A stretch of 64,000 nucleotides of DNA from Octopus vulgaris (GCA_951406725.2 OX597817.1:166780001-166844000), one strand, 5' to 3'; counted from the first letter of the stretch, positions 38,681-52,604 are shown. The notes: generated from the sequence alone by a model not told the origin. Numbers and translations are program-made.

Positions 38681-39390
38681 TGAATGCTTCCATGGCGTTG
38701 CTCCAAATTTTAAACAAACAAACAAACAAAAAAAAAAAACTAGTTCTTGTTTTCGAATTTTTTATTGCTGTTTATTGTTTGCGTAAATGATAGCTACCCC
38801 ACTCCGGGGCAACGCCTTTTCCATTTTGTCCGCTGGTGCCATGACAAATGCTGAACTATGATAGAAAAAAAGTAGCCTTTACTTTGACTATTCGGTATTC
38901 TGTTTATGCTTACCGTACTTAGGAATTTGGATCGCACCAAGTATTAGCTGTGGTGATGATAAATGACAGTGATGGTAGAGGTGCTGGTGGTATTGATGGT
39001 GCTGGTGATGCTGGCGTGGGTTGTGGTGGTGATGGTATTGCTTTGCCCCAGATCAGACCTCATCGTATAGAACTATGATCACAAACGTCCCAGCTGTGAC
39101 CGTCCTCTTTCTTTTTCCATCTTTCTCTCTCGCTCCGTTTCTCTCTCCCTTTCCTTCTCTTTTTATGCTATAGCAAGTACTGCATTACCCAATGTATTCC
39201 TAGGGCGCATTAGAGGGGTTTCAGCTGTTGTTTCTAGCAGGTCTTATGATCACATGGTACCAAGAGTGATGGTTGTGATGTTGCTATTTACAGAGCTATT
39301 TACTTAATGACAATGGTGCTGACGTTGGTGGTGTCGTCGTTGTTGTTGTTGTTGATGATGATGATGATGATGATGATAATGATGATGATG

Positions 39391-39433
<43 letters not shown>

Positions 39434-39674
39434 CGGCGACGACGACGACGATGATGGGAGAGACGGTGCTCATATTGTTAATGTTTGTGATGCAAAAAGT
39501 ACTGCACTACCCAATGTATTCCAAGGGCGCATTAGAGGGGATTCAGCTGTTGTTTCTAGCAGGCCTTATGACCACATGGTACCAAGAGTGATAGTCCTGA
39601 TGTTGCTATTTACAGAAAAAATAAGAAAAAAATTATTTAACCACGGGTCAAATCTGTCAAAATAGAGCTACTAT

Positions 39675-39924
39675 CTTTTTACCTTCTTATTTGTTTCGAT
39701 CATTAGACTGCGGCCATACTGGGGTACCGCCTTGAAGAACTTTTAGCCGAATGTATCGGCCCCAGTACTTATCTTTTCTTTATGCCTTGTACTCATACTA
39801 TCGCTCTATTCTGACGAACCGCTAATGTACAGGGATGTATACACACTAACACCGGTTAGCAAGAGGTGACAGGGGATAAACGCAGATACAACCCCACACA
39901 CACACTTATATATACATACATACA

Positions 39925-39977
<53 letters not shown>

Positions 39978-39991
39978 TTATATATATGTAC

Positions 39992-40049
<58 letters not shown>

Positions 40050-40053
40050 GTAC

Positions 40054-40086
<33 letters not shown>

Positions 40087-40094
40087 CATACATG

Positions 40095-40155
<61 letters not shown>

Positions 40156-40164
40156 GTATATATA

Positions 40165-40201
<37 letters not shown>

Positions 40202-40328
40202 GACAGGCTTCTTTTAGTTTCCGTCTACCAAATACACTCATAAGACTTCGGTCTGCTCAAGACTGTAGAAGAAGACACTTGCCAAAGTTTCCACGCAGTG
40301 GGACTGAACCCGGAACCATGTGACTCGG
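39675..40328 (-). mobile_element. SINE family A, diverged, with long internal (TA)n
   Basis: Tail and head fragments are recognisable. Confidence 0.8.
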
Positions 40329-40989
40329 AATTTCAGAAGTACGTTTGACATTATTTAACGTATTTCATTTACAATTATGTGATTTGAGGGAGATTTGGCT
40401 GCTGGTTCTAATAGATCTCTTGATGGAATGCTAAAGTGATGGTACTGCTGGAGTCGTTCAGCCCCAGCTTAGATCCCATCGATGAGGACAGAGATCAAAA
40501 ATATTCCAGCCATGCGCATCCTCGTCCTCTTCGAAGAAACATTGCATTTAAAACTAATATTCAAAGTACGTGTGATTTGAGGAAGATTCAACTGCCTGTT
40601 TCTAGCATGTCGATCGGTCACAGAGACTCTTTTTCGTTGATGATACATATGGTGCTTTTGATGCTGATATTGATGTTGACAATATGGCTGTCGGAAGTGT
40701 TGTATAAGAAAATTTGATTTGTTTTTTCTCTAACAGTTTCATAGATTTTCTTGTTTTCCTAAATTATTTTCTTGAACTCACATAGCATATATATATATAT
40801 ATATGTAATATGTTATGTCAGTGTGTGCGTGTGCGTGTGTGTGTAATATATATGCATGCATACATACAAATAAACATCCATGTATAATGTACATACACGC
40901 ATGCATACACATATACATATATGTATATAAACATACACATATATATATATATATATACATACACACACACACATTTTTTGCGCCCTTTT

Positions 40990-41226
40990 AAAGCCCAGCC
41001 AGGTTCCTGGGCCCGGTTTTCCGGTTTTTATGATATATGTGTCCTCCAGCCGGACGGGACGCCAGTCCATCGCAGCGTTACTCATTTTTGCCAGCTGAGT
41101 GGACTGGAGCAACGTGAAATGAAGTGTTTTGCTCAAGAATACAACGCGTCACCCGGTCCAGGAATCGAAACCACAATCTTACGATCATTGTGCTGACACC
41201 CTAACCACAAAGCCACGCGCCTCCAC
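40990..41226 (-). mobile_element. tRNA-derived CORE-like SINE (family D)
   Basis: Minus strand: gtggaggcgcgtggctttgtggttagg..ggtttcgattcc..cttgagcaaaacactt..gctccagtccactcagctg..gcgatggactggcgtcccgtcc. Confidence 0.8.
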
Positions 41227-41814
41227 ACACACACATACACACACACACACACAGACACACACATACACACACACACACACACACATACACACACACACAC
41301 ACACACACGCACATGTATATACACACAGACACAGATCCAGCCATACATGCATAAATTTAATCAGAAAAAGTTAAGAATGAAAAATAAAAACATTTATGGG
41401 CTGTTCACGAGGAAACAAGTGATCCAGTAGGCACTTTTAGTGTTATATTAGCTATTGCCAGCGGGACATGAAATGCCGCACCCCACTTAGATCAAAGTAT
41501 GGCTAAACTTGGGTTATTGGAGAAAGTGCGTAGTGTGTAGTTCTCGCACTACAGAAGATCACAATTTCTGGGACAGTACAAGTCCGAAAGCCCTTAAAAT
41601 ATATGGAGAGTTGCGCACAGGATGACGGAAAGAATAAAATCTCAATTTTTTTTGCTTTATATTATAACAGTTCCTTTTCTATACAACCCTGCAATCGCGT
41701 AAGCGGTCAGTTTAAATATAGTTAGACTACAAACATGAAGATATATATCACACATGCATGCATACATACATACACACATACATACATACATACATACATA
41801 CATACATACATACA

Positions 41815-41900
<86 letters not shown>

Positions 41901-41956
41901 TGGATTCACACATCTTATATATATATGCTTACACATATACATGCATATATGAATTC

Positions 41957-41991
<35 letters not shown>

Positions 41992-42888
41992 CATATATGC
42001 ATTCATACATAAATACAAAAATAAATAAGTACATACATACACACATACATACGTATATATATATGTACATATACATACAGACAAACAAACACTCTCACAC
42101 AAACATTCATACATACATACATACATACATACATACATACATACATACATACATACATACATACATACATACATACATGATGGCTGTCTATTCATTAATT
42201 GAGTATGATTTTATTATTATTTTTATTAAAATCCGAATAGAATTTAAGTCTCCCGCAACTTCCTCGGCATTGCAAAGTCTCTCTTTAGTAGTTCTAAGTG
42301 TTCCAAAGACAACCTGGAGCTAGATGTTTGGCCCCGCAATTATAGTGGCTCTTACATCAGAGTATCTTCCTCTTAATATTCCCCAACCAAAGCTGGCCTA
42401 CAAGACAAACTCCTAAAGAAAAATATACATACTTACATACATGTATATATGCATTCATACATGCATTCCACATATATATAAGCTTGCCTGCATGCATAAA
42501 AACATACATACATACAAAGATATAAAAATACAAATACATACATTCAAACACACGCAACAGGTGATACCGATATCTGGGGCTAGAAACAACTGCAAATCCT
42601 TCATTAGATTAGTGGATGATGAACAAAACAAGATGCTTTCTTCAAAACCTTGCTCCCAAACAGGTGACCAGTCAAAATTTATTCTAACTTAAAAACAGAA
42701 ACACATACATACATACATTTTGGGGCACCATTATTGGGGCGCTAGGATATATATTAAATTACTTAAACACCAAAGTTGGGCTTTTCAAAACCAGAAAGAA
42801 GAAAGCTAATTAGATCGCAAATACAAGCCATCATTGTAACTATCAAAAGTTAGTAAAACATTCTAAACGTTTAGCATTCAAGTATGAA

Positions 42889-43038
<150 letters not shown>

Positions 43039-43049
43039 CATGTATATAT

Positions 43050-43227
43050 AGGGAGAGTTCACGAAAGAAACAAAAGACGAAGACAGGTGGTGTACAAAAC
43101 AAACAGATGCATTAGTATAACGCTCAGGAATAGAAAAAGTCTTTTACGTTTCGAGCCTATGCTCTTCTACAGAAAGGGACACAGAAAAAAAACAAGGAGA
43201 GACAAAAAATGTGTGTAGTGGCTAACA
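43050..43227 (-). mobile_element. Short (TA)n-abutting element with a degenerate hammerhead (43141-43176)
   Basis: Minus strand: cttt-CTGTAGA-a-gagc-atag-gctc-GAAAC-GTA-aaag. Homologous to 45281-45475 and 48240-48410. Confidence 0.7.
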
Positions 43228-43627
43228 TATAAATTCAGAATATTAGGGGTGAAAAATTGAACATTAGTTTGATTAATATCAATTTAAAACCAGTTGTCTA
43301 GCATATTAAAATCTAATAATTCACAAAAATTATATTACATACATATGAGGGAGGATACAAATGAAAAGAAACAAAATATTTTGTTTCTTTTCATTTGTCT
43401 TCCTCGCTTACGTTCTGGCGTTTGCTAAATTTTTCTTGAGAACATTCCTTTCTTAGCGGTAAGACCATAGCGGATCTACTTCTAGCATAATGGATGTCCA
43501 TGTAGTGATGATCCCACTTATATGTATGTAATATAATTTTCTGAATCTTCAGATTTTAATATGCTAGACCACTGGTTTTAAATTGACATTAATCAAATTA
43601 GTGTTCAATTTTTCACCCTTATCTTAA

Positions 43628-43673
<46 letters not shown>

Positions 43674-43707
43674 GTATGGATGTATGTATATATATATATA
43701 TATATAT

Positions 43708-43773
<66 letters not shown>

Positions 43774-45081
43774 TATAATTTATGGTATCTAAGAGATACC
43801 TCAACGCTGGAAATACCAGCCAAAACTTGACTCTAAAGATTTGGCTGCTATTTCCACCGCGGAGGTACCTCTTAGATACCCTAAATTATAATTTAGGATA
43901 ACTAAATTATAATTTTAATAATAATTGTTACCTTTGAAGGGGTTTTATTCCCATGCTGGCCACTTGATAAGATCGATATTTAAATTAACGATCTTATCCG
44001 TATATATATACATGTGCATGTCCAGACATGCAACTATATACATTGGAAGACATGCATAAAACAAAACATACAATTTTGCACTTGTACTGGCTCTATATAT
44101 TTACTCACGCACATATAGAAAAAATGCCTATTTGAGGTTTTTTTTTAAATTCCATTGAAGGAGCCTTGGATTAAGGTTCGAAACCGACTCTTTCTCTATT
44201 AGCATGAAATCTTGAAAGCTAGAAATAAAACTGAATAACTACATATATACATATATACATGCTTACATACATACATACACACATACATACATATTCATCA
44301 TCATCATTATCAACATCAATGACATTATTTAATCTAGAGAGACTGCGGGTCAGCGACTGAAGTGGACATAGGACTAGGAAGTCTAGGGGCTCTATGGAAG
44401 ACCAGTAATCACCCATACAACAGGTCACTTCAATCCACGCCACCGATGTCGTCCAAACAGATGGCGGGGACCAATACAAGTTGGCCGCATTGTTCTTGGA
44501 GGAGATGCCAGAACGATGCTGTACACAACTTCGGACAAACTTTGGGACACCAACATCTTATTTGAAGTCAATTATATCGAACCCATCACGTCATTGCTAC
44601 TAGTACATTTTTATCGAGCCCGGAAGGATGAAAGATGCAGTTGACTACTTCTAGATTGAAAAGAGAGCGTAAAGGGCCGGAACAAATACGGCAAAACAAT
44701 TTGTCCGATGTACTAACGATTTTATCGACCGTCCTATATACGTTTATACATACATACATACATACATACATACATACATACATACATACATACACAGACA
44801 GACACAGTTGCATAAATACAAATTCGTAGGCATATACACAAACATATTTCACATAATATACATATATGTATGTGTGCTTATATATATAGATTTATATGTA
44901 TATTCATATCTAGGGAGGGCGCGTGACTTAGTGGTGAGGGTATTCGATTCCCAGTGGCTCATTGTGTCCTTGAGCAAGACACTCTATTCAGAAATAAAGT
45001 GAAGAGACTATATTTCTGAAGCGTACGTAATTAAATGCTTTGAAAATATCGCTATTTGGTTTGACCTCATTGTACTTCTCC

Positions 45082-45124
<43 letters not shown>

Positions 45125-45136
45125 TATATATATATA

Positions 45137-45179
<43 letters not shown>

Positions 45180-45182
45180 TTA

Positions 45183-45475
<293 letters not shown>

Positions 45476-45647
45476 TATATATATTTGTTGTGCAAGATTT
45501 TTTATGTGAAGTCGTGTGTTGAAACATATTGTTATATTTCGGAATGGTCATTTTGCCAGTTTAGCCAGTAAAAACACACGCACTATATATTTGATGTTAT
45601 TTTGCTTCAGTGTTATTTATTTTTTACATTAATCTTAATCTTATTTC

Positions 45648-45691
45648 GGCCAGAGTTCTTTCGTCACATCCTGTGACCGCATCAGTGGTCC
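45648..45691 (-). ncRNA. Hammerhead-like motif with a variant core
   Basis: Minus strand: cca-CTGATGC-g-gtcac-aggat-gtgac-GAAA-gaac-TC-tgg. Confidence 0.55.
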
Positions 45692-45989
45692 TTTGTTTTC
45701 TTCTTTCTTATTTGTGTCTCTCCTTACTAACCGTCAGCCATTTTGTATTTCTATTGTATGTCTTCATTTGCGCATGCTTATATCTCTATGTGCGTCTATG
45801 TTTAGTTAGTGTGTGGGGGGATGCCTGTAATATTTGTATCTTCTGTTTATATACGTTCGTGTAATTTGTTTTTGTTGTTGTTGTTTTTGTTTATTCTTAT
45901 TTTGTTCATGTGTTTACTTTCACTTATTATTACTATTATTACGTATGCTTGTATGTATGTATGTATGTATAACAACAATACTAGTAATA

Positions 45990-46050
<61 letters not shown>

Positions 46051-46117
46051 TATGTATGTATATTTATATATGTATGTATGTATATATATATATGTATATG
46101 CATATATATATACACAT

Positions 46118-46170
<53 letters not shown>

Positions 46171-46214
46171 TGCATGAATGCATGTATGTATTCATGTATT
46201 ATGTATTATGTATG

Positions 46215-46312
<98 letters not shown>

Positions 46313-46407
46313 TGCCAATTCTGCGTGAATTAGGAATTGGTGGGAGATTGAAATTTTGTAGAGTTATAAGGCTAAACCGTTTATTGACTATAGAAAATAA
46401 ACAAATA

Positions 46408-47218
46408 CGTAGTCTGATCAATAAGTATCCGGACATTTACTATAGTAACGAAGCTAAAGCACGAAGAGCGAAGCTGCTCGGCACAGACTAACCTTCTACG
46501 CTGCTGTGCAGGCACACTAAGTTTTAACGTTCTATATCACTTCCACTATTTACAGCAGTGCTTGGAAGGAAGGTGTTCAGCGTGTGATCGTCGCATTCAC
46601 CATGACAAATTTAAGCAAAAAATCTGTATCAAACTTTGCCAAAATCTTGGCGATACCTGCTCAGAGGCCTACGCAAAATTTTCAGAAATCTTTCTCGACA
46701 CAGTCACGGAGATCTTGTGCAACCGAAACCCAAGTGTCCTTTTGGTCTGCTGCAAGCAGTTTTGGCACAAACTTGGCAGATGCGCGTCTCTTCAGTGATA
46801 ATGGACTGAATTGAACCGTACCTACTCTACACATCCTCTGATAATTCACAGATGGGGATTCGACGATTCCCTCTAACAGCTTTACGCACATCTACGATGT
46901 TTTCCTCAGATCTGCTGATTGCGGGTCTCCCAGAACGTTCGTCAATATCGACATTTTTCGGCCATCCTGAAAACGTTCGAACCACTCGTACACCTGTGTG
47001 CGGCTCACACACTCCTCCCCATACATTTCCTACATAGGCCATTTTACATTTGCGTAGGCCACGTTACAGGTACCACCATGACAACTTTCTCTGTCATGGT
47101 CAATGGGACGATCATACGCGACACACCATCCTCCCCAAGCACTGCTGTAAACAGCGGAAGTGGGCTTGACCGTTAAAACTTAGTTCACATGAATAGCAGA
47201 GTTCACGGTCAATCTGTG
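46408..47218. mobile_element. Rearranged mariner element: two 5' halves in inverted orientation
   Basis: Plus strand: QKICIKLCQNLGDTCSEAYAK (HTH). Minus strand: SRTQVYEWFERFQDGR..DERSGRP..VRGNRRIPICELSEDV..AKFVPKLL. 46482-46680 aligns with the reverse complement of 47048-47218. Confidence 0.85.
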
Positions 47219-47283
47219 GATATTACCTATGTAATATCCATGGATATCAGGTGGATCTTTGTTCATGTATTCATTTCTTCAGG

Positions 47284-47323
<40 letters not shown>

Positions 47324-48001
47324 GCACACACACACATACACACACACACGCACACACACACACATTATATATGGAAAGGGAGAAAATTTAACGCAGGAAA
47401 AATATAGAATTTGTTTTGGAAATTGCCCCTTAATTTCAAAAACTTGTAATTGTTTTTAAATATATTTACATACATACCAAACTAGTTTCAACAATTTTTT
47501 TCTTTATCAATATATACACGTATATAAAACAATATATATCAATATATACACGTATATAAAACAATGGAATTTTAACAATTTAAATTTGCGCAATAGAAAA
47601 GGTTTAAACAACATTCAATGACGGGGATAAAATCGAAAATGATCGGCGAAGAATATAAAAAAATATTTGAATCATTAAATATTCACAAAATTCAATGACA
47701 GGAGTAAACAATATCAAAGATGATCGATGAAGAATATAAAAAAAATTGGATTACTGAAAGTTCGGTCATATTGAGTTATAGGATAAGTGGTCAAGAGAGA
47801 GAGAAATAAAGAGAGAGACAGCAAAGGGGAGGAGGTTTTTTTTTACAGTTTCTGTCATTTTGCGTGTGGTTTTCTTTTTCCGTCGCGTGCAGGGCTTTAT
47901 TTTATACATACACACATACTCATGCACGCATATACATATACATATAACGTTGGCGATTTTTTTCCTCTGTCATCCCTTTTCTGGATCTTTCCTTCTCCTA
48001 T

Positions 48002-48036
48002 GTTTCCGACGAAGAGCTCCGCTCGAAACGTTAAAC
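48002..48036 (+). ncRNA. Minimal hammerhead-like motif (U4C variant) within a short (TA)n-flanked insert (~47950-48135)
   Basis: gttt-CCGACGA-a-gagc-tcc-gctc-GAAAC-GTT-aaac. Confidence 0.65.
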
Positions 48037-48144
48037 CCTCCTTCTTTCCTTCTTTCCTGAGCGTCCAATAATACTATATTTGTTCCACGTCCTCGCGTTG
48101 TTGTTTTTTTTGTGCTTTCCTGTTTGGATTAACTACATATACAT

Positions 48145-48211
<67 letters not shown>

Positions 48212-48239
48212 CTGCTTTAATCTCCTACACTTTGGGCTT

Positions 48240-48410
48240 ACACATCTCTACTTTTTTATTCTCTGTCTATTTTCTCTTATTCCTTTCTGTTAAAGAGCAT
48301 AGGCTCGAAGCGTAAAAGATTTTCTCACTTTCCCGACCGTCAAACAAATCCACCAGGTTGTTGCTCATATACCTGTCTTCGTCTTTTGTTTGTCTGTAAA
48401 TTTCAACTCC
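48240..48410 (+). mobile_element. Third copy of the (TA)n-abutting hammerhead-relic element (motif at 48283-48318)
   Basis: cttt-CTGTTAA-a-gagc-atag-gctc-GAAGC-GTA-aaag, then acctgtcttcgtcttttgttt.. ending at (TA)n. Confidence 0.65.
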
Positions 48411-48441
<31 letters not shown>

Positions 48442-48731
48442 ACGTTATCCAGCGTCCTTTCCAGGACAGACACATTATGTTGGCAAACAGCCTTTACATT
48501 AAAGAACTATTACTGAATATCTCTGAGAGATTTAGAAATAATAATGTTTATATATATAAGAAATATTGAATTTCTAAATCTCTCGTAGAGACATGTACGG
48601 TGGTGGGGTGATAGAATGGTTGTATACTGTCAATCTAACAAGAACGTGATAGTAGGGGGTACACCACGGCTGTATAGCCCTAGGAAGCATCGAACGCCTC
48701 CTGATAGCTTTGACACATTTTTTCCCTGTGT

Positions 48732-48767
<36 letters not shown>

Positions 48768-49246
48768 GACGGACTTCTTTCAGTTTCTGTCTACCAAATC
48801 CACTCACAAGGCTTTGGTCACACCAAGGCTATAGTAGAAGACACTTCTCCAAAGAGGCATGTGTGGGACTGAACCCGGAACCATGTCCTTGGGAAGCAAG
48901 CTTCTTACCACATAGCCATTCCTGCTTTGTATATGCACATAGAAAGGTTAACACCCAAATGAAGTCATTATGCATATATATGTGTGTGTGTGTATCGGAA
49001 GGGAGAGAGAGAAAGTGGGATAGAGAACCAGAATAAATAAATATAAATATATATGTATATATGAATGACTCGAAAATTTAAAGAAATTAACAGCCATGAA
49101 ACGATCGTAGTGTGATATTAATTATATTGTTTTAATAATTTTGTTATATATTTAAGTAATATAAATTAAATAATCTTATGTATTGGCTTAAGTTTTTCAT
49201 TGTATGATTTGCCTAATAGTGGTTTTGTCTCTAATTTAATATAATA

Positions 49247-49296
<50 letters not shown>

Positions 49297-49677
49297 CACA
49301 TATATATATATATATACATATATAATTAATCAATATAGGGTGGCAAGGAAAATTTTGCAGAATTTCTTTTTCCGTCGCGTTATTCTAGTGGGTGAATGGC
49401 CTATTATGGCCGTTCCTTAATTGTTAATTATATACATATATATACACTAATATATATATATATGGATATATATGCATACATACACATACACACTCACACA
49501 CACACACTCACACGCGCGCGTCTGTATATTTAAAAGTTTTTGGTATTTTTTCATAGGCTTATCGATTTTATAGTCACTCACTTAATCTATCTCCTGTATA
49601 TACATTTATCCATGTTTCTCCATCTGTCTTCTTATCTATGTATCTATCAACCTATCCATCTATCTATCAACCTATCC

Positions 49678-49758
<81 letters not shown>

Positions 49759-49779
49759 ATCTATATATATATATATATG

Positions 49780-49837
<58 letters not shown>

Positions 49838-50418
49838 CATTTCTTCTTATCTATCTTGATTATTATCTAGTCACTTTTATCCTATCCTCATCCAACTAGA
49901 TTTCCTCTTAATATTTTAGTCCTTTATTAATCACACGTTATATTGCCCTTAACCACCTGTCTCTCTCTCTCCCTCTCTCTCTCTCTCTCTCCCTCTATCT
50001 CTCTCTCCCTCTATCTCTCTCTCTCTCCATCTGCTCTCTGCTCTCTCCTCTCTCTTCGCGAATCTCTTCTCTCTCATCCCTACCTATCAAAATATTTCTT
50101 CTCTATTCAACATCCAAACCTCTCTGTTTTTCATCCAAAACTACTTAATCCCCACCTCATTCTCTCGCCTACTTCTCTCTCTCTCTCCCCCTCTCCTCCT
50201 CTCTCTCTCTCCCTCTGCTCCTCTCTCTTTATTTCCCTCCGTCTTCATGTTAACTACCACCTATTCAAATTGTCTTTTTCTTTTATGTGTACATTCATTT
50301 ATATGCGTATGTATGTCTGTCTGATTTATTCTACACTGTATATATATGTTATATATTCTGATATATGTAAACATGCATATGTATGCATATGTGTGCGTGT
50401 CTTTGCACCCGCGTACGT

Positions 50419-50469
<51 letters not shown>

Positions 50470-51067
50470 TGTGTCTATGTGCGTGAACATGTATGCTTTA
50501 TTGATTTAATATAGCTGGGAAATCCATAGAAATACCTTCAATCAATTGAAAATAATAAGCAATCAATTAGTATACTGAGTTAAGTAGAATCGATCTCTTA
50601 CACCAAAGCATCGAATCAGGCTATTTGTTCGATTATAGCACATGTAAATACTTGTAAAAGCTTCCAGCTACTCCAGAATTCGATCTGTTTAAGACATGAC
50701 AGAGAAGACAAAGATGTCCCTTTGCAATAGGTACACTGCTGTATCAATGTATAAGCACAGTTGATGGTTGCCCGGGGCTCCTTGCAAATCTAAGGCCTCA
50801 ATGCTAATCTATGTATGTTGTGGCTTGCCTTCAATAAGTAAATACTATAGACACCCATCCCACCCAAGGTGTTGCTTTGCTCGGGCTGGGATGGGAGCTA
50901 TAATGTTTGTTAAGACAGTCCTGTTATAGGGGGGGGAGTCTAGGGTTGGCGGTGGGGGTCAGTCTATTATAGATAGCGTTACTCCAGGTTATCGGAAATC
51001 GATTTCATTAAAGTACACGACGTTGATCAGAGCTTGGTTTCATAAACAACAACTATTACTACTACTA

Positions 51068-51107
<40 letters not shown>

Positions 51108-51201
51108 CACTACTACTACTACTACTACTACTACTATCTACTCAACTACTACCAACACTATATTATCACCACAATTACTAACTATAACACTACCAACACT
51201 G

Positions 51202-51234
<33 letters not shown>

Positions 51235-51375
51235 TTACTACTACTACTACTACTACTACTACAACTACCCCTTACATCTACTCATACACCAAGGATAAAA
51301 TGAAGTAGATAAATGTTTTGAAGGGGTTGTCAGCAATCGATTTCAAGATACCTGGATCGAAAATAATCTGAAATT

Positions 51376-51783
51376 ATTAGACCGATACCTATTCCTAAGA
51401 GCAGAGGAAACTCGTAGTATATAAAGTAAAGTGCACTACCTTATCAATGCTGTGAAGATAGATTTATCTCCCCTTGGATTGAAAGATAAGTCGTTCACAT
51501 GGGGTGGCGTCTCCGTCAATGAAGACTGATTGTGCGTCTGCACATGTATGCGCTGGTCAGGACAAGTCCCTCTTCTTCATGTTACTGATATTTGTCCAGG
51601 GGAAAGGCCATCGACTTGAGCCAATGCAGTTTCATACCATTGGCGGAGACTCTACACCATGTGAACGACTTATCTTTCAATCCAAGGGGAGATAAATCTA
51701 TCTTCACAGCATTGATAAGGTAGTGCACTTTACTTTATATACTCCGAGTTTCCTCTGCTCTTAGGAATAGGTATCGGTCTAAT
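51376..51783. repeat. 408-bp near-perfect inverted repeat (146-bp arms, 116-bp spacer)
   Basis: 51376-51502 versus the reverse complement of 51657-51783 shows 1 mismatch in 127 nt. The inner 19 nt have 4 mismatches. Confidence 0.97.
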
Positions 51784-52344
51784 CATTGCCGTCTTCTCTC
51801 AGAACGCAAAGAGGCGGATTAGATAATGCAAGTCCTTTCACTGGACCCTCTGGCATTTCTGCTTGCTAAGCAGCCAGCAAGCCGACCGGCCTGCCAGCCT
51901 AGATTGGCACGTTTTATACCAACCCCGAAAGGATGAAAAGTTCGGCTGACCTCGATGGAATTTGAGTTGAGAGCACAGTGAATCGGGACAAAGACCACAA
52001 GGGATACTATTTAACAAAGCGGTGAGCTAGCAGAATCGTGAGTGCGTCGAACAAAATGCTTGGCAGCATGTCTTCCAGCTATTTATATTCTGAGTGCTAA
52101 TACCTCCGAGGTTAACTTTAGCTTTCATCGTTTCGAGGTCGATAAAATTAAGTACCAGTCAGATACTAGGGTTGATGTTATCTACTTGTCTCCTCATATC
52201 AATATTGCAGGCCTTGAACTCTGGGGCGGAATCATATTTCGTTCAGGAAGAATGCTGCAATCTGGGCCACTCACGCGCTATGGAAACCAGGTAACCAGCT
52301 TTAAAAGTCCAAGGGCTCAGGAAAAATAAAACCAAACTTTAAAT

Positions 52345-52568
52345 CTTTTTTCTTTTACTTGTTTCAGTCATTAGACTGTGGCCATGCTGGGGCACCGCCT
52401 TGAAGAAATTTTAGTCAAATGAATTGACCCCAGGACTTATTTATTTTAAGCCTGGTAATTTGTCTATCGTTTATCATTTTACCGAACCGCTATGTGATAG
52501 AGGTGTAAACAAACCATCACCGCTTGTCAAGCGTGGTGTGGGACAAATACAGAGACAAACATATATGA

Positions 52569-52604
<36 letters not shown>

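Noticed and set aside
34726-38887. 4-kb DNA transposon bounded by 123-bp TIRs
   Set aside because: The interrupted SINE resumes immediately inside the left repeat, and there is no TSD or transposase trace.
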